Virus record (IMG/VR): IMGVR_UViG_3300028115_000004
Location: 32,001 to 96,000 of that record
DNA length: 64,000 nucleotides
Direction: 5' to 3' (one strand)
DNA from: a virus
Shown: piece by piece, positions 1-9,127 of the stretch
Layout of the letters: every line of letters begins with the position of its first letter
Numbering within the stretch: the stretch's first letter is position 1
The notes under the pieces: generated by a model
Told to the model about the DNA's origin: nothing
What the model saw: the letters and a program-made list of their open reading frames with translations, nothing else
Database searches by the model: none
Position numbers and translations under genes: made by a program

Positions 1-615
1 TGACTTGGATGACCCATATAGTGAAGTAGTCTCAAACATACAGATGTTTGCGGCATACTTCTTACTCAGTGCGAGTCGCACTTTGTGGGAACAACAGATG
101 GCTGCAAGTAACTTACCACCAAGGTAGTTGAACCCGAACGGTTGAGTGGGTACAATGTTGAACCCCATTATCACTGACTGATTGAATCGACGCATCACGT
201 CCGGACTCATCGTGTCCAGTGGTTTACCCAACCATTCATTACGTGGACGTGAGTTGATCGTCGGAGAACCGAAACGAATCATACCCACAACCATACCCGA
301 ATTCTTTTCTTTGACCAACCACAACATCTGCTTGCCTGGGATACTTGACTCGACGGGTGCAGATGTGGTAATCTCCATGTATGACATGAACTGATCTTGA
401 CGACACTCCGAAACCACAAACTCCATATCATTGGGGTGCATGTCGAACTTGTCGAACAGATCATTCTCAGGGCCCATGCCTGGCAAACTGCAAGGGAACG
501 TCTCCATCCGTTCCATTTTAATCTTACGCATGTAATCGTCGATGCGGTCGAAGTTTGCAAAGAACTCTTCGAACACATTCGCAGCGTAGTGTGCGTCTTC
601 TCTAGTTAGTAACAT
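1..615 (-). CDS. DUF4338 (Druantia DruA-like) domain protein, runs off the window edge
   Basis: Manually translated minus-strand ORF from ATG 615 (MLLTREDAHYAANVFEEFF...IRFGSPTINSRPRNEWLG...FGFNYLGGKLLAAICCSH...FETTSLYG), absent from the ORF track; GGKLLA and ETTSLYG are DUF4338-type motifs. Confidence 0.7.
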   Translation of the reverse strand, partial: MLLTREDAHYAANVFEEFFANFDRIDDYMRKIKMERMETFPCSLPGMGPENDLFDKFDMHPNDMEFVVSECRQDQFMSYMEITTSAPVESSIPGKQMLWLVKEKNSGMVVGMIRFGSPTINSRPRNEWLGKPLDTMSPDVMRRFNQSVIMGFNIVPTQPFGFNYLGGKLLAAICCSHKVRLALSKKYAANICMFETTSLYGSSKS

Positions 616-639
616 ATGATCCTCTCATCAATACTAATC

Positions 640-669
640 ATTATATAGCAAAAGTATAGGGGTTGTCAA
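640..669 (-). promoter_or_regulatory. sigma70-type promoter for the DUF4338 gene
   Basis: Minus strand TTGACA-N18-TATAAT. Confidence 0.75.
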
Positions 670-672
670 GCG

Positions 673-680
673 TATAAATA
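673..680 (+). promoter_or_regulatory. T4-type late promoter (gp55-dependent)
   Basis: TATAAATA just upstream of the gp3 SD (AGGAG) and ATG. Confidence 0.8.
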
Positions 681-704
681 GAGAAAGTGATATAGGAGAT
701 ATTC

Positions 705-1205
705 ATGGCAACTCTAACTGACAACAAAAACTATCTACAACCTACAGGGTTTGCGGTATCCATCGAAAAGACGAATTACCCAAACCTTCAATATTTCGCA
801 CAGAGTGTAACACACCCTGGCGCTTCTGTCAACCCTATCGAACTGCCAGGCAGAAGAATTTCTGCATTACCCTTTGCGGGTGACAAGATTACCTATACGG
901 AACTGTCCATCGACTTCATCCTTGATGAGGACATGGCATCCTATCAGGAGATGCAGGCTTGGTTGGAGAGAATGGTTAACGAAGGAAACATCACTAAGGC
1001 CCAAGCTCTCGCAGATAACACGATATCTACCTTTGCGGATATCACTCTCTCTATCCTCACTAGTCACAACAACCCCAACAAGAGGATTCGGTACTTCAAC
1101 TGCATCCCTACCAACATTGGGTCTATTGAGTTGAACGCAACTCAGAATCAGACCTATCTAACATACACAGCATCCTTCAGGTTCGATACATTTGAGTTGA
1201 TTTAA
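705..1205 (+). CDS. gp3: tail tube terminator / tail completion protein (T4 gp3-like)
   Basis: NYLQPTGF...PNLQYFAQSVTHPG...GDKITY..L.IDFILDEDM..Y pattern; late promoter; position upstream of uvsY-uvsW as in T4-like phages. Confidence 0.8.
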   Translation: MATLTDNKNYLQPTGFAVSIEKTNYPNLQYFAQSVTHPGASVNPIELPGRRISALPFAGDKITYTELSIDFILDEDMASYQEMQAWLERMVNEGNITKAQALADNTISTFADITLSILTSHNNPNKRIRYFNCIPTNIGSIELNATQNQTYLTYTASFRFDTFELI

Positions 1206-1206
1206 T

Positions 1207-1857
1207 ATGCAAAGAATTGAGATTAAGAACAAAAGAGTTCTTGACATATTAGATGATGTACGTTATAATTATACTAAGAAATACGATATCAAAACGATAT
1301 GTAAGGATTCTGGTCATCCAGATAATGCGAGGTGGTATACCTCAGACAAGTACCGAGATGCTATTATAGCTTCCGGAACTAAACATAAGGGTGGAGCTGA
1401 TTTTGCACACGCTTGGTTTTTAAAACCTTTTCATATAAAAGATGAAGTAGATGACAAGTTAAGGAAACAATATAAGGAAGATTGGATTGATCTAGATCGG
1501 AGATTGAAAATCGAACTTGGTCTTAAGACTAGCGCATTGCTTTTATATTATCCTCCCAAGGGACATATCGAATGGCACAACAATGCTAATGCTTCTGCGT
1601 ACAACCTGATCTTTACATACAGTGAAACTGGGGATGGTTGGTTCCGGTACTATGACCTAGAGAAGGGCGAGAACGTGACCATGCAGGACAAGAAGGGTTG
1701 GAGTCTGAAGGCTGGTTACTTTTCAGATTATGATGAACCAAATAACTTGGTGTATCATTGTGCATACACCGATTGTGATAGGATAACATTGTCCTATGTA
1801 TTAGGTAAACGTAAAGATTATTGGCAAGATTGTATAGATTATATTAGTGAGGAATAA
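1207..1857 (+). CDS. DSBH / 2OG-Fe(II) oxygenase-like protein (HxN variant), paralog of 28297..28965
   Basis: YYPPKGHIEWHNNANAS...VYHCAY...RITLSY. Confidence 0.55.
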   Translation: MQRIEIKNKRVLDILDDVRYNYTKKYDIKTICKDSGHPDNARWYTSDKYRDAIIASGTKHKGGADFAHAWFLKPFHIKDEVDDKLRKQYKEDWIDLDRRLKIELGLKTSALLLYYPPKGHIEWHNNANASAYNLIFTYSETGDGWFRYYDLEKGENVTMQDKKGWSLKAGYFSDYDEPNNLVYHCAYTDCDRITLSYVLGKRKDYWQDCIDYISEE

Positions 1858-1858
1858 T

Positions 1859-2305
1859 ATGTTAGACCTTGAGTCTGTTTTGAAAGAGTGGGAAGAAGAT
1901 TCTAAGATTCCCATGCACCAACTTGATGAGACTTCTCGTAGCACCCCATCGTTACATGCGAAGTATCTGCAATACCTGTCACTGACCAAGTTGCAACTGA
2001 AACGTGCAGAACACGGTCAGAAGACTCTACTCAAAGACAAGTTCTTCTACTATGAAGGCAAGATGTCTCAGGAAGAGATCAAAGACAAGAAGTGGACGTA
2101 TGACCCCTTTGAAGGAAACATGCCTACCAAGGCGATGAAAGAAAAGTTCTATGACGCAGACGGAGACATCCAGAAGTCTGAAGAAAGAATTGAGTACTAT
2201 AAAGTTCTTATAAGTACATTGACGGAAATAGTTGATAGTCTCAAGTGGAGACACCAAACCATTAAGAACATCATCGACTGGAGAAGGTTTGAATCAGGCG
2301 GATAA
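1859..2305 (+). CDS. uvsY: recombination mediator UvsY
   Basis: W..DSKI...LDE.S...P.LHAKYL...IKNIIDWRRFESG; adjacent to uvsW. Confidence 0.9.
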   Translation: MLDLESVLKEWEEDSKIPMHQLDETSRSTPSLHAKYLQYLSLTKLQLKRAEHGQKTLLKDKFFYYEGKMSQEEIKDKKWTYDPFEGNMPTKAMKEKFYDADGDIQKSEERIEYYKVLISTLTEIVDSLKWRHQTIKNIIDWRRFESGG

Positions 2306-3782
2306 CACAATACGAGTGGGATTAGTCAACCACTCTTATATGGCGATTGAGAGTAATCCCGCTCAGGAACAGGAGCTACGGGAGTACTTCTCTTTCTTTG
2401 TGCCTGGCCATAAGTTCATGCCCGCATTCAAGAAACGTGTCTGGGACGGTAAGATCAAACTCTACAACCAAGTCACCAAACAACTGAATGTGGGTCTCTA
2501 TCATCATTTACGTAAGTTCTGTGCGGATCGTTTCTATCCTCTACAGATCGTAGACAGTTATGAGTGGGGTACACCAACCGCAAAGAACAAGATCAACCAT
2601 CCTGAGTTGGTGAAGTTTCTGGGCGGCCTAAAAACACCCTTTGAACCCCATGAGTATCAGTATGACGCAATCTCTCATGCGGTAGAGAACCGTAGGGCCA
2701 TTCTACTGTCTCCCACAGGATCAGGCAAGTCTTTTATCATCTATAATATCATGAGGTGGTTTGAGAAGAACGAGAACGGAAAGATTCTTGTTGTCGTACC
2801 AACAACCTCTCTGGTAGAACAGATGTACAAGGACTTCTCTGAGTATGGGTATGACGTAGAGAATCACTGTCACATGGTCTACTCCGGTAAGGAGAAGAAC
2901 ACGGACAAGAGGGTCATCATCTCTACGTGGCAGTCCATCTACAAGTTCCCTCATGAGTGGTTCGAACAGTTCCATTGTATTTTCGGAGATGAAGTCCATT
3001 TATTCAAGGCAAAATCTCTGTCTACCCTTATGGACAAGTGCGTCAATGCAAGCTATCGCTTTGGTACTACGGGTACACTTGACGGAACAGAGACGAACAA
3101 ACTGGTATTGGAAGGTTTATTCGGCCCTGTATTTAAGGTGACTACCACCGTAAAACTGCAGGAAAGTAAACAACTCGCAGACCTAGACATCAAGGTTATT
3201 CTTCTAAGATACCCTAACGACGAATGTGCGAAACTCAACGGTAAGACCTATCAGGAAGAACTTGACTACATAGTTACTAGTGAGAAACGCAATCGATTCA
3301 TCACCAATCTCACAGTTGACCAGAAAGGGAACACTCTGGTATTGTTTCAGTTCGTAGAGAAACATGGTAAAGTCCTATTCGACATGATCAGGGATGCGGT
3401 CGGAGAGGATCGAAAGGTGTTCTATGTCTCAGGTGAAGTTGATGCGAGTGATCGTGAACAGATACGTGGAATAGTGGAGAAACAGAAAGATGCTATTATC
3501 GTCGCCTCACTTGGCACTTTTAGTACTGGTATCAATATTCGTAATTTGCACAATATCGTTTTCGCTACACCTAGTAAGTCGCAGGTCAAGGTACTCCAAT
3601 CAATCGGTCGTGGCCTCAGAAAATCTGATGACGGTTCTGTTACTAAGTTATTTGACATTGCTGATGATTTTCATATGAAGGGGTATCGCAACTTTACTCT
3701 GAGACACAGCGCAGAAAGAATCAAGATATATACTAAGGAAGGATTTAAATATAAAGTCTTCCCTATAAATCTGAAAGGATAG
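2289..3782 (+). CDS. uvsW: SF2 DNA helicase UvsW
   Basis: WDGKIKLY, Walker A SPTGSGKS, DEVH, QSIGRGLR; TTG start at 2289 is uncertain. Confidence 0.95.
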   Translation: MNQADNTIRVGLVNHSYMAIESNPAQEQELREYFSFFVPGHKFMPAFKKRVWDGKIKLYNQVTKQLNVGLYHHLRKFCADRFYPLQIVDSYEWGTPTAKNKINHPELVKFLGGLKTPFEPHEYQYDAISHAVENRRAILLSPTGSGKSFIIYNIMRWFEKNENGKILVVVPTTSLVEQMYKDFSEYGYDVENHCHMVYSGKEKNTDKRVIISTWQSIYKFPHEWFEQFHCIFGDEVHLFKAKSLSTLMDKCVNASYRFGTTGTLDGTETNKLVLEGLFGPVFKVTTTVKLQESKQLADLDIKVILLRYPNDECAKLNGKTYQEELDYIVTSEKRNRFITNLTVDQKGNTLVLFQFVEKHGKVLFDMIRDAVGEDRKVFYVSGEVDASDREQIRGIVEKQKDAIIVASLGTFSTGINIRNLHNIVFATPSKSQVKVLQSIGRGLRKSDDGSVTKLFDIADDFHMKGYRNFTLRHSAERIKIYTKEGFKYKVFPINLKG

Positions 3783-3785
3783 ATC

Positions 3786-4145
3786 ATGTCAACAAATATA
3801 AAGCAGTTAAAATTAAGTACTGGTGAAGAAGTGATCTGCGAAGTTGTCGAGGACGATGATTTCGAAGTCATTGTTAAGAATGCTCTTAAGGTGGTGTCGA
3901 AGATTCAGGATGGGTATAAATTCTATACCTTCAAGAACTTCATGATCTATCAAGATCAACCTCATTCGTTGCAGGTCATTCGGGCTGACCACATTGTTTC
4001 ATATGCAGTTCCGCCTAAAGATTTGATTATAGAGTGGGAGACTGGATTGCAACAGATGTACGAACAGGGTGAAGAAGAACCTCAAATGATGGTATCAGGA
4101 GATTCGGATAGTAACATTATACCCTTTAAACCGTTATTGCACTGA
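3786..4145 (+). CDS. Sm-like fold conserved protein (uvsW-gp55 interval)
   Basis: KQLKLSTGEEVICEV...VIVKNALKV beta-rich pattern; conserved position in marine T4-like phages. Confidence 0.55.
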   Translation: MSTNIKQLKLSTGEEVICEVVEDDDFEVIVKNALKVVSKIQDGYKFYTFKNFMIYQDQPHSLQVIRADHIVSYAVPPKDLIIEWETGLQQMYEQGEEEPQMMVSGDSDSNIIPFKPLLH

Positions 4146-4178
4146 GGGTATATTCAACCCTGCCCGGAAACTTAAAGT

Positions 4179-4207
4179 ATTATATCATAGATTTTTTATT
4201 ATGTCAA
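4179..4207 (-). promoter_or_regulatory. antisense sigma70 promoter (perfect consensus) firing toward the Sm-like gene and uvsW
   Basis: Minus strand TTGACA-N17-TATAAT with extended -10 TG. Confidence 0.7.
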
Positions 4208-4635
4208 GACAAATTGTAGGATTTACCGCTTCAACCTTTGATCTGTTACATGCTGGTCACGTCTCTATGTTAAGAGAGTCGAAGGAACAGTGTGACTATC
4301 TGATCTGCGGACTGCAGGTCGATCCCTCTATGGACAGACCGGAAAAGAACAAACCCGTCCAGACTCTAGTAGAGAGATACACTCAACTGGCGGGTCTTCG
4401 TTTCGTCGATGAGATCATCCCCTATCAGACCGAAGAAGATTTGGAAGACATTCTGAAGATGGTCAACATCGATGTACGCATCATCGGTTCCGAGTATAAG
4501 GATAAGACGTTCACAGGACGTGCGACTTGTGCAGCTCGTGGAATCGAAATCTATTTTAACCAGAGGGATCATAGGTTCTCTACCAGTGATCTGCGGAAAA
4601 GAGTAGTTGACAGTGAGACCCAATCTGGTTTATAA
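4201..4635 (+). CDS. tagD: glycerol-3-phosphate cytidylyltransferase (TagD-like)
   Basis: FDLLHAGH (HIGH-type), ER...L...FVDEII, RDHRFSTS. Confidence 0.85.
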   Translation: MSRQIVGFTASTFDLLHAGHVSMLRESKEQCDYLICGLQVDPSMDRPEKNKPVQTLVERYTQLAGLRFVDEIIPYQTEEDLEDILKMVNIDVRIIGSEYKDKTFTGRATCAARGIEIYFNQRDHRFSTSDLRKRVVDSETQSGL

Positions 4636-4636
4636 T
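4607..4636 (+). promoter_or_regulatory. sigma70 promoter for gp55
   Basis: TTGACA-N18-TATAAT. Confidence 0.7.
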
Positions 4637-4665
4637 ATGCAAAATATGAGGAGTAATAGTACCAA

Positions 4666-5274
4666 ATGAAACCGAAAGATAAACCACATTACGTCAACAA
4701 CAAGGAGTTCTCTCAATCAGTAGTAGACTACTGTGAAAGGGTTGCTTGGTGTAAGAAAAAGGGTGACACAACACCGATTGTCCCCAACTATATCGCTGAG
4801 TGTTTCCTGAAGATTGCGGAAGGTCTATCTCACAAATCTAATTTCGTTAGGTACACCTACCGTGAAGAGATGGTCATGGATGCGGTTGAGAACTGCCTGA
4901 AGGCCATTGAGAACTATAATGTCGAGACTGCGACTCGCACGGGTAACCCCAATGCGTTTGCATACTTCACACAAATCTCTTGGTATGCGTTTCTTCGTCG
5001 TATTCAACGTGAGAAGAAGCAACAGGATATCAAATTGAAGTACATCTCTGAGGCAGGCGTAGAGGCGTTCCTAGACGGACATTCAGACCAAGAAAGGGAC
5101 TATTCGAACGTTGTTCCCTTTGTGGACGTACTGCGTCACAGGATCGATATTGTGAAGGACGCAGACGCAGAGTTCAAAGAATATGTGAACGAACAGAAGA
5201 AAAGAAAACGTCGAACTGTAAAGGCTGACTCTGATCTGACGGATTTCCTTATAGATGAAACGAGTTCTGAGTGA
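4666..5274 (+). CDS. gp55: late-transcription sigma factor gp55
   Basis: HYVNNKEF, YIAECFLKIAEGLSHK.NF..YTYREEM..D, NAFAYFTQI...AFLRRI..EKKQ; C-terminal LTDFL clamp-binding motif. Confidence 0.95.
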   Translation: MKPKDKPHYVNNKEFSQSVVDYCERVAWCKKKGDTTPIVPNYIAECFLKIAEGLSHKSNFVRYTYREEMVMDAVENCLKAIENYNVETATRTGNPNAFAYFTQISWYAFLRRIQREKKQQDIKLKYISEAGVEAFLDGHSDQERDYSNVVPFVDVLRHRIDIVKDADAEFKEYVNEQKKRKRRTVKADSDLTDFLIDETSSE

Positions 5275-5815
5275 ACTGTGTTATTGGGAATTCCCTGTTC
5301 CTGATAACGTAATGGATACCATCGGTGCGGAGATATATTTCGAACCACCGAATGAATCCTACAACCACAGACTTGCTGGTAACATTGAGAACGAGTATGT
5401 GTTGCGATATTCTCGTGATGCGATTCGTGACTTTATTGTCGGACAGGCTTGGGCAGAGTTAGGTGCACCTTACGAACTAACGGACGTGTGGGTAAACATG
5501 CAGAAGGCGGGGGAGTTCAATCCCCCACACTCTCATGGTGGAGACTATAGTTTTGTGATCTTCCATACCATACCCTACCGAATTGAACATGAGATGGCGC
5601 AGTTCCCCGTAGTGAACGGGGGTTCTGTTGCAGGACACTTCTCGTTCTTATACCAAGATACTGTGAAGGGTGGGGTGGTCAGTCACATGATTCCCGTGGA
5701 TAAAAACTATGAAGGATTCTGTTTCTTATTCCCCGCCAACCTTAAACATGCGGTCTATCCTTTCTATACAACGACAGACCACCGAATCACGGTTGCAGGA
5801 AATCTTGTCAAATAG
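5255..5815 (+). CDS. 2OG-Fe(II) oxygenase (TIGR02466-like)
   Basis: WVN.QKAGEFNPPHSH, FPANLKHAVYPF, RITVAGN. Confidence 0.8.
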   Translation: MKRVLSELCYWEFPVPDNVMDTIGAEIYFEPPNESYNHRLAGNIENEYVLRYSRDAIRDFIVGQAWAELGAPYELTDVWVNMQKAGEFNPPHSHGGDYSFVIFHTIPYRIEHEMAQFPVVNGGSVAGHFSFLYQDTVKGGVVSHMIPVDKNYEGFCFLFPANLKHAVYPFYTTTDHRITVAGNLVK

Positions 5816-5817
5816 TA

Positions 5818-5846
5818 TTGACATATAGCAATATTTTTGATATAAT
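5818..5846 (+). promoter_or_regulatory. sigma70 promoter for gp47
   Basis: TTGACA-N17-TATAAT. Confidence 0.75.
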
Positions 5847-5875
5847 GTCGGGATATATTGTAAAATAGGTATATT

Positions 5876-6934
5876 ATGAAGCTAGTAATACTGAACGACA
5901 CCCACTGTGGTGCACGTAATTCTTCTGACATCTTTATGGATTATCAGGAACGCTTCTATACAGAGGTGTTCTTTCCGTATCTGTTGGAAAATGATATCAA
6001 ACAAATTCTCCACCTTGGAGACTATTATGATAACCGTAAGACGGTCAACTTCAAAGCCCTGAACCACAATCGTAAAATCTTTCTAGAGAAGTTGCGGGAG
6101 TATGGTATCACTATGGATATCATTCCAGGCAACCATGACGTGTACTATAAGAACACGAACGAACTGAACGCACTCAAGGAACTGCAGGGTCACTACATGA
6201 ACGAAGTGAACCTGATCATGGAACCTACCGTGATGAAGTATGGCAACTTAGATGTTGCTTTGATACCTTGGATCAATGCCGAGAACGAGAAAGCAACACT
6301 TGAGTTTCTTGAGACGTGCAAGGCTCCTGTGGTTGGTGCACACCTAGAGTTGCAGGGGTTTGATATGCAACGTGGTATGCCCTGTCATGACGGTATGTCT
6401 CCATCTCACTTCTCAAACTTTGAGATGGTTCTGACAGGTCACTTCCATGCGAAGTCTACGCAGGGTAACATTCACTACCTTGGGTCTCAGATGGAATTCT
6501 TCTGGAACGACTGTAACGACAAGAAGTACTTCCATATTCTTGATACCGAAACAAGAGAACTGACTCCGGTACGTAACCCCATCACGATCTACGAGAAGGT
6601 ATACTACGAGCAGAGTAAGATGAGTAAGTTCAAAGACCTTCGTTATCTTGACAACAAGTTTGTTAAGTTGATCGTGGTAGAGAAGGGTGACGCTTACGAG
6701 TTCGAACGTTTCGTGGATCGCATTCAGAATCAGAAGATTCACGAACTGAAAATCGTGGAGGACTTCAACGAGTTCATTGGTTCCAATGTGGACGACGATG
6801 CGGTATCTGTTGAGGATACCGAAACTCTGGTCTATGATTATATCGACGCTGTTAACACAGACCTAGATAAAGACCGGATTAAAAGGGAGATATCTTCTCT
6901 CATGACTGAAGCACAAACTATGGAGATTGTATAA
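5876..6934 (+). CDS. gp47: recombination endonuclease subunit gp47 (Mre11/SbcD-like)
   Basis: DTHCGAR, LGDYYD, GNHD, GHFH metallophosphoesterase motifs. Confidence 0.95.
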   Translation: MKLVILNDTHCGARNSSDIFMDYQERFYTEVFFPYLLENDIKQILHLGDYYDNRKTVNFKALNHNRKIFLEKLREYGITMDIIPGNHDVYYKNTNELNALKELQGHYMNEVNLIMEPTVMKYGNLDVALIPWINAENEKATLEFLETCKAPVVGAHLELQGFDMQRGMPCHDGMSPSHFSNFEMVLTGHFHAKSTQGNIHYLGSQMEFFWNDCNDKKYFHILDTETRELTPVRNPITIYEKVYYEQSKMSKFKDLRYLDNKFVKLIVVEKGDAYEFERFVDRIQNQKIHELKIVEDFNEFIGSNVDDDAVSVEDTETLVYDYIDAVNTDLDKDRIKREISSLMTEAQTMEIV

Positions 6935-7113
6935 TGCGAGGCGCAACATCAAAACTTCTACGCAAAGCAGGCGTAGACACCAAAAAAGATAAACGCATGT
7001 TTAATGCCATGAGTCATAGAAACAAGGCTATCTTCTTAGATTTCTTGAGGACTTCTCTCCGTATCGAAAACTTCAAGACCAATTTGGTAGGAAAGGGGAT
7101 TGACATTGAGTAA
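6934..7113 (+). CDS. small basic hypothetical protein (59 aa)
   Basis: Manually read ORF MRGATSKLLRK...; TAATG coupling to the gp47 stop. Confidence 0.5.
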   Translation: MRGATSKLLRKAGVDTKKDKRMFNAMSHRNKAIFLDFLRTSLRIENFKTNLVGKGIDIE

Positions 7114-7312
7114 GGGAAGTAAACCACGTCCTATCACAGACAGAAAAAAGTTTGATGAAAATTGGGAAAACATTTTCCGTAAGGACAATATCACATCTAA
7201 ACCAGCCGAGTTCTGGAATCATGATTGTACTTCCGATGGGCCTATATCGATCCAGAAGGGATATCCTTGTAACTGGTGCGGTATAGATGAACATGGAAAT
7301 TACACGGGTTGA
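7106..7312 (+). CDS. small hypothetical protein
   Basis: MSKGSKPRPI..KKFDENWENIF N-terminus; C-terminal HxC...CxxC. Confidence 0.55.
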   Translation: MSKGSKPRPITDRKKFDENWENIFRKDNITSKPAEFWNHDCTSDGPISIQKGYPCNWCGIDEHGNYTG

Positions 7313-7337
7313 CAGAAGTCAACCAACCGTGTATAAT
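7309..7337 (+). promoter_or_regulatory. sigma70 promoter for gp46 (probably leaderless mRNA)
   Basis: TTGACA-N17-TATAAT; ATG 8 nt downstream; no SD. Confidence 0.75.
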
Positions 7338-7345
7338 ATGCGACT

Positions 7346-9073
7346 ATGATTAAATTTGAGAAAATCCGGTACAAGAATTTCTTGTCCACCGGCAACAACT
7401 TTACTGAGATCGATTTTGAGAAGTCTCCTACTACTCTGGTGGTGGGACATAATGGTGCGGGTAAGTCTACCATGTTGGACGCCCTGTCGTTTGTCCTATT
7501 CGGTAAACCTCACCGTAAGATTTCCAAACCGCAACTCGTTAATTCAATCAACGGCAAAGGTACTCTTGTCGAGGTTCTCTTTTCTGTGGGTTCCGTAAAG
7601 TATAAGGTTGTCCGTGGTATCAAACCCAACGTCTTTGAGATTTGGGCTAACGATAACATGATCAACCAGAACTCCCATGCGAAGGAGTACCAACAGGTTC
7701 TAGAGAGAAACATTCTGAAACTGACTCACAAGTCTTTTCACCAGATTGTCGTTCTAGGATCAAGTTCGTTCGTACCATTCATGCAGTTGAACACGAGTGC
7801 ACGTCGAGAGGTTATCGAAGACCTACTTGATATCAACATGTTCAGTAAGATGAATGGTCTACTCAAAGAGAAGATGTCTATCCTCAAGAATGATATCAGT
7901 GAGAACGGACACGCTATCGAACTGGTCAAGACCAAGGTCAATGCACAGAAGAAATACTTGCGTGATCTATCGGCCCTGAACACTGCACATCGTAAGGAGA
8001 AAGAGTCAGAGATCACCGCACTACTTGCGGAGATTACGGAACTGCAGGACTTCAATACAGAAAACCTGTCTACGGCATCGACACAACAAGAAGACGTGTC
8101 GAAGAAGTTAGAGAAAGTGAACACGTCACGTGAGAAGTTGTTGGAGTATCAATCTACCTTCCGATCTCAGATTAAGTCTGTGGTGAAGGAAGCGAAGTTC
8201 TTCGATGAGAACGAACATTGTCCTACCTGTGACCAACACATCGCAGAGGACTTACGTGAGTCTAAGAAGAACGATGCTAACGCACGTGCGAAAGAACTAC
8301 ATGACGCCATGACCAAATCAAACAAACAGATGGAAGAGTTTGACAAACAACTCTTTGATCTGAATGAGGTGATGGTAAAGGTTAATGCACTACAGTCTCA
8401 GGTCAATTCTAACAACCAAGAAATCTCTAGTCTTAATCGTAGGATTGATCGTATTCGTTCTGAGTTGGATGGACTGTCTGAGAACAGTACCGAACTCAAC
8501 GAAGCGAACCAACAGCTTCGGACTCTAACAGAAGAACTAGAGATCAAACAAGATGAGAAGTATAAACTGCACGAGACTTACTCGTATCAACAGGTATGTG
8601 CGGAACTACTCAAAGATCAGGGTATCAAGTCTAAGATCATCAAACAGTACCTTCCGGTCATCAACCAACTGACCAATCAGTACTTACAGATTCTAGACTT
8701 CTTTGTTCACTTTGATCTGGATGAAGGATTCAACGAGACGATCCGTTCACGCTTCCGTGACAACTTCTCGTATGACTCTTTCTCTGAAGGTGAGAAACAA
8801 CGTATTGACTTGTCCCTACTATTTACATGGCGACAGATTGCAAAGATGAAGAACTCAGTGGCCACAAACCTACTGATTCTTGATGAGACGTTTGATTCGT
8901 CTTTGGATGACGATGGGGTTGACAACCTCATGAAAATCCTGTATAGTCTAGGGGAACAAGACACGAATGTATTTGTGATCTCTCACAAGGCAGAACTAGA
9001 GGACGCACAATTCAATCGTCGTATTGAGTTTGTCAAAGAGAAAAACTTCTCTAAAGTAAAGGAAGCGGCTTGA
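7346..9073 (+). CDS. gp46: recombination ATPase gp46 (Rad50/SbcC-like)
   Basis: GHNGAGKST, coiled coil with CPTC zinc hook, FSEGEK signature, LILDE. Confidence 0.95.
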   Translation: MIKFEKIRYKNFLSTGNNFTEIDFEKSPTTLVVGHNGAGKSTMLDALSFVLFGKPHRKISKPQLVNSINGKGTLVEVLFSVGSVKYKVVRGIKPNVFEIWANDNMINQNSHAKEYQQVLERNILKLTHKSFHQIVVLGSSSFVPFMQLNTSARREVIEDLLDINMFSKMNGLLKEKMSILKNDISENGHAIELVKTKVNAQKKYLRDLSALNTAHRKEKESEITALLAEITELQDFNTENLSTASTQQEDVSKKLEKVNTSREKLLEYQSTFRSQIKSVVKEAKFFDENEHCPTCDQHIAEDLRESKKNDANARAKELHDAMTKSNKQMEEFDKQLFDLNEVMVKVNALQSQVNSNNQEISSLNRRIDRIRSELDGLSENSTELNEANQQLRTLTEELEIKQDEKYKLHETYSYQQVCAELLKDQGIKSKIIKQYLPVINQLTNQYLQILDFFVHFDLDEGFNETIRSRFRDNFSYDSFSEGEKQRIDLSLLFTWRQIAKMKNSVATNLLILDETFDSSLDDDGVDNLMKILYSLGEQDTNVFVISHKAELEDAQFNRRIEFVKEKNFSKVKEAA

Positions 9074-9099
9074 CAACCATTGTGAAACCGTGTTATTAT
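9070..9099 (+). promoter_or_regulatory. sigma70 promoter for gp45
   Basis: TTGACA-N18-TATTAT; -35 box overlaps the gp46 TGA. Confidence 0.6.
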
Positions 9100-9127
9100 A
9101 CACGCATATTAACTGAGGAAACTTATT

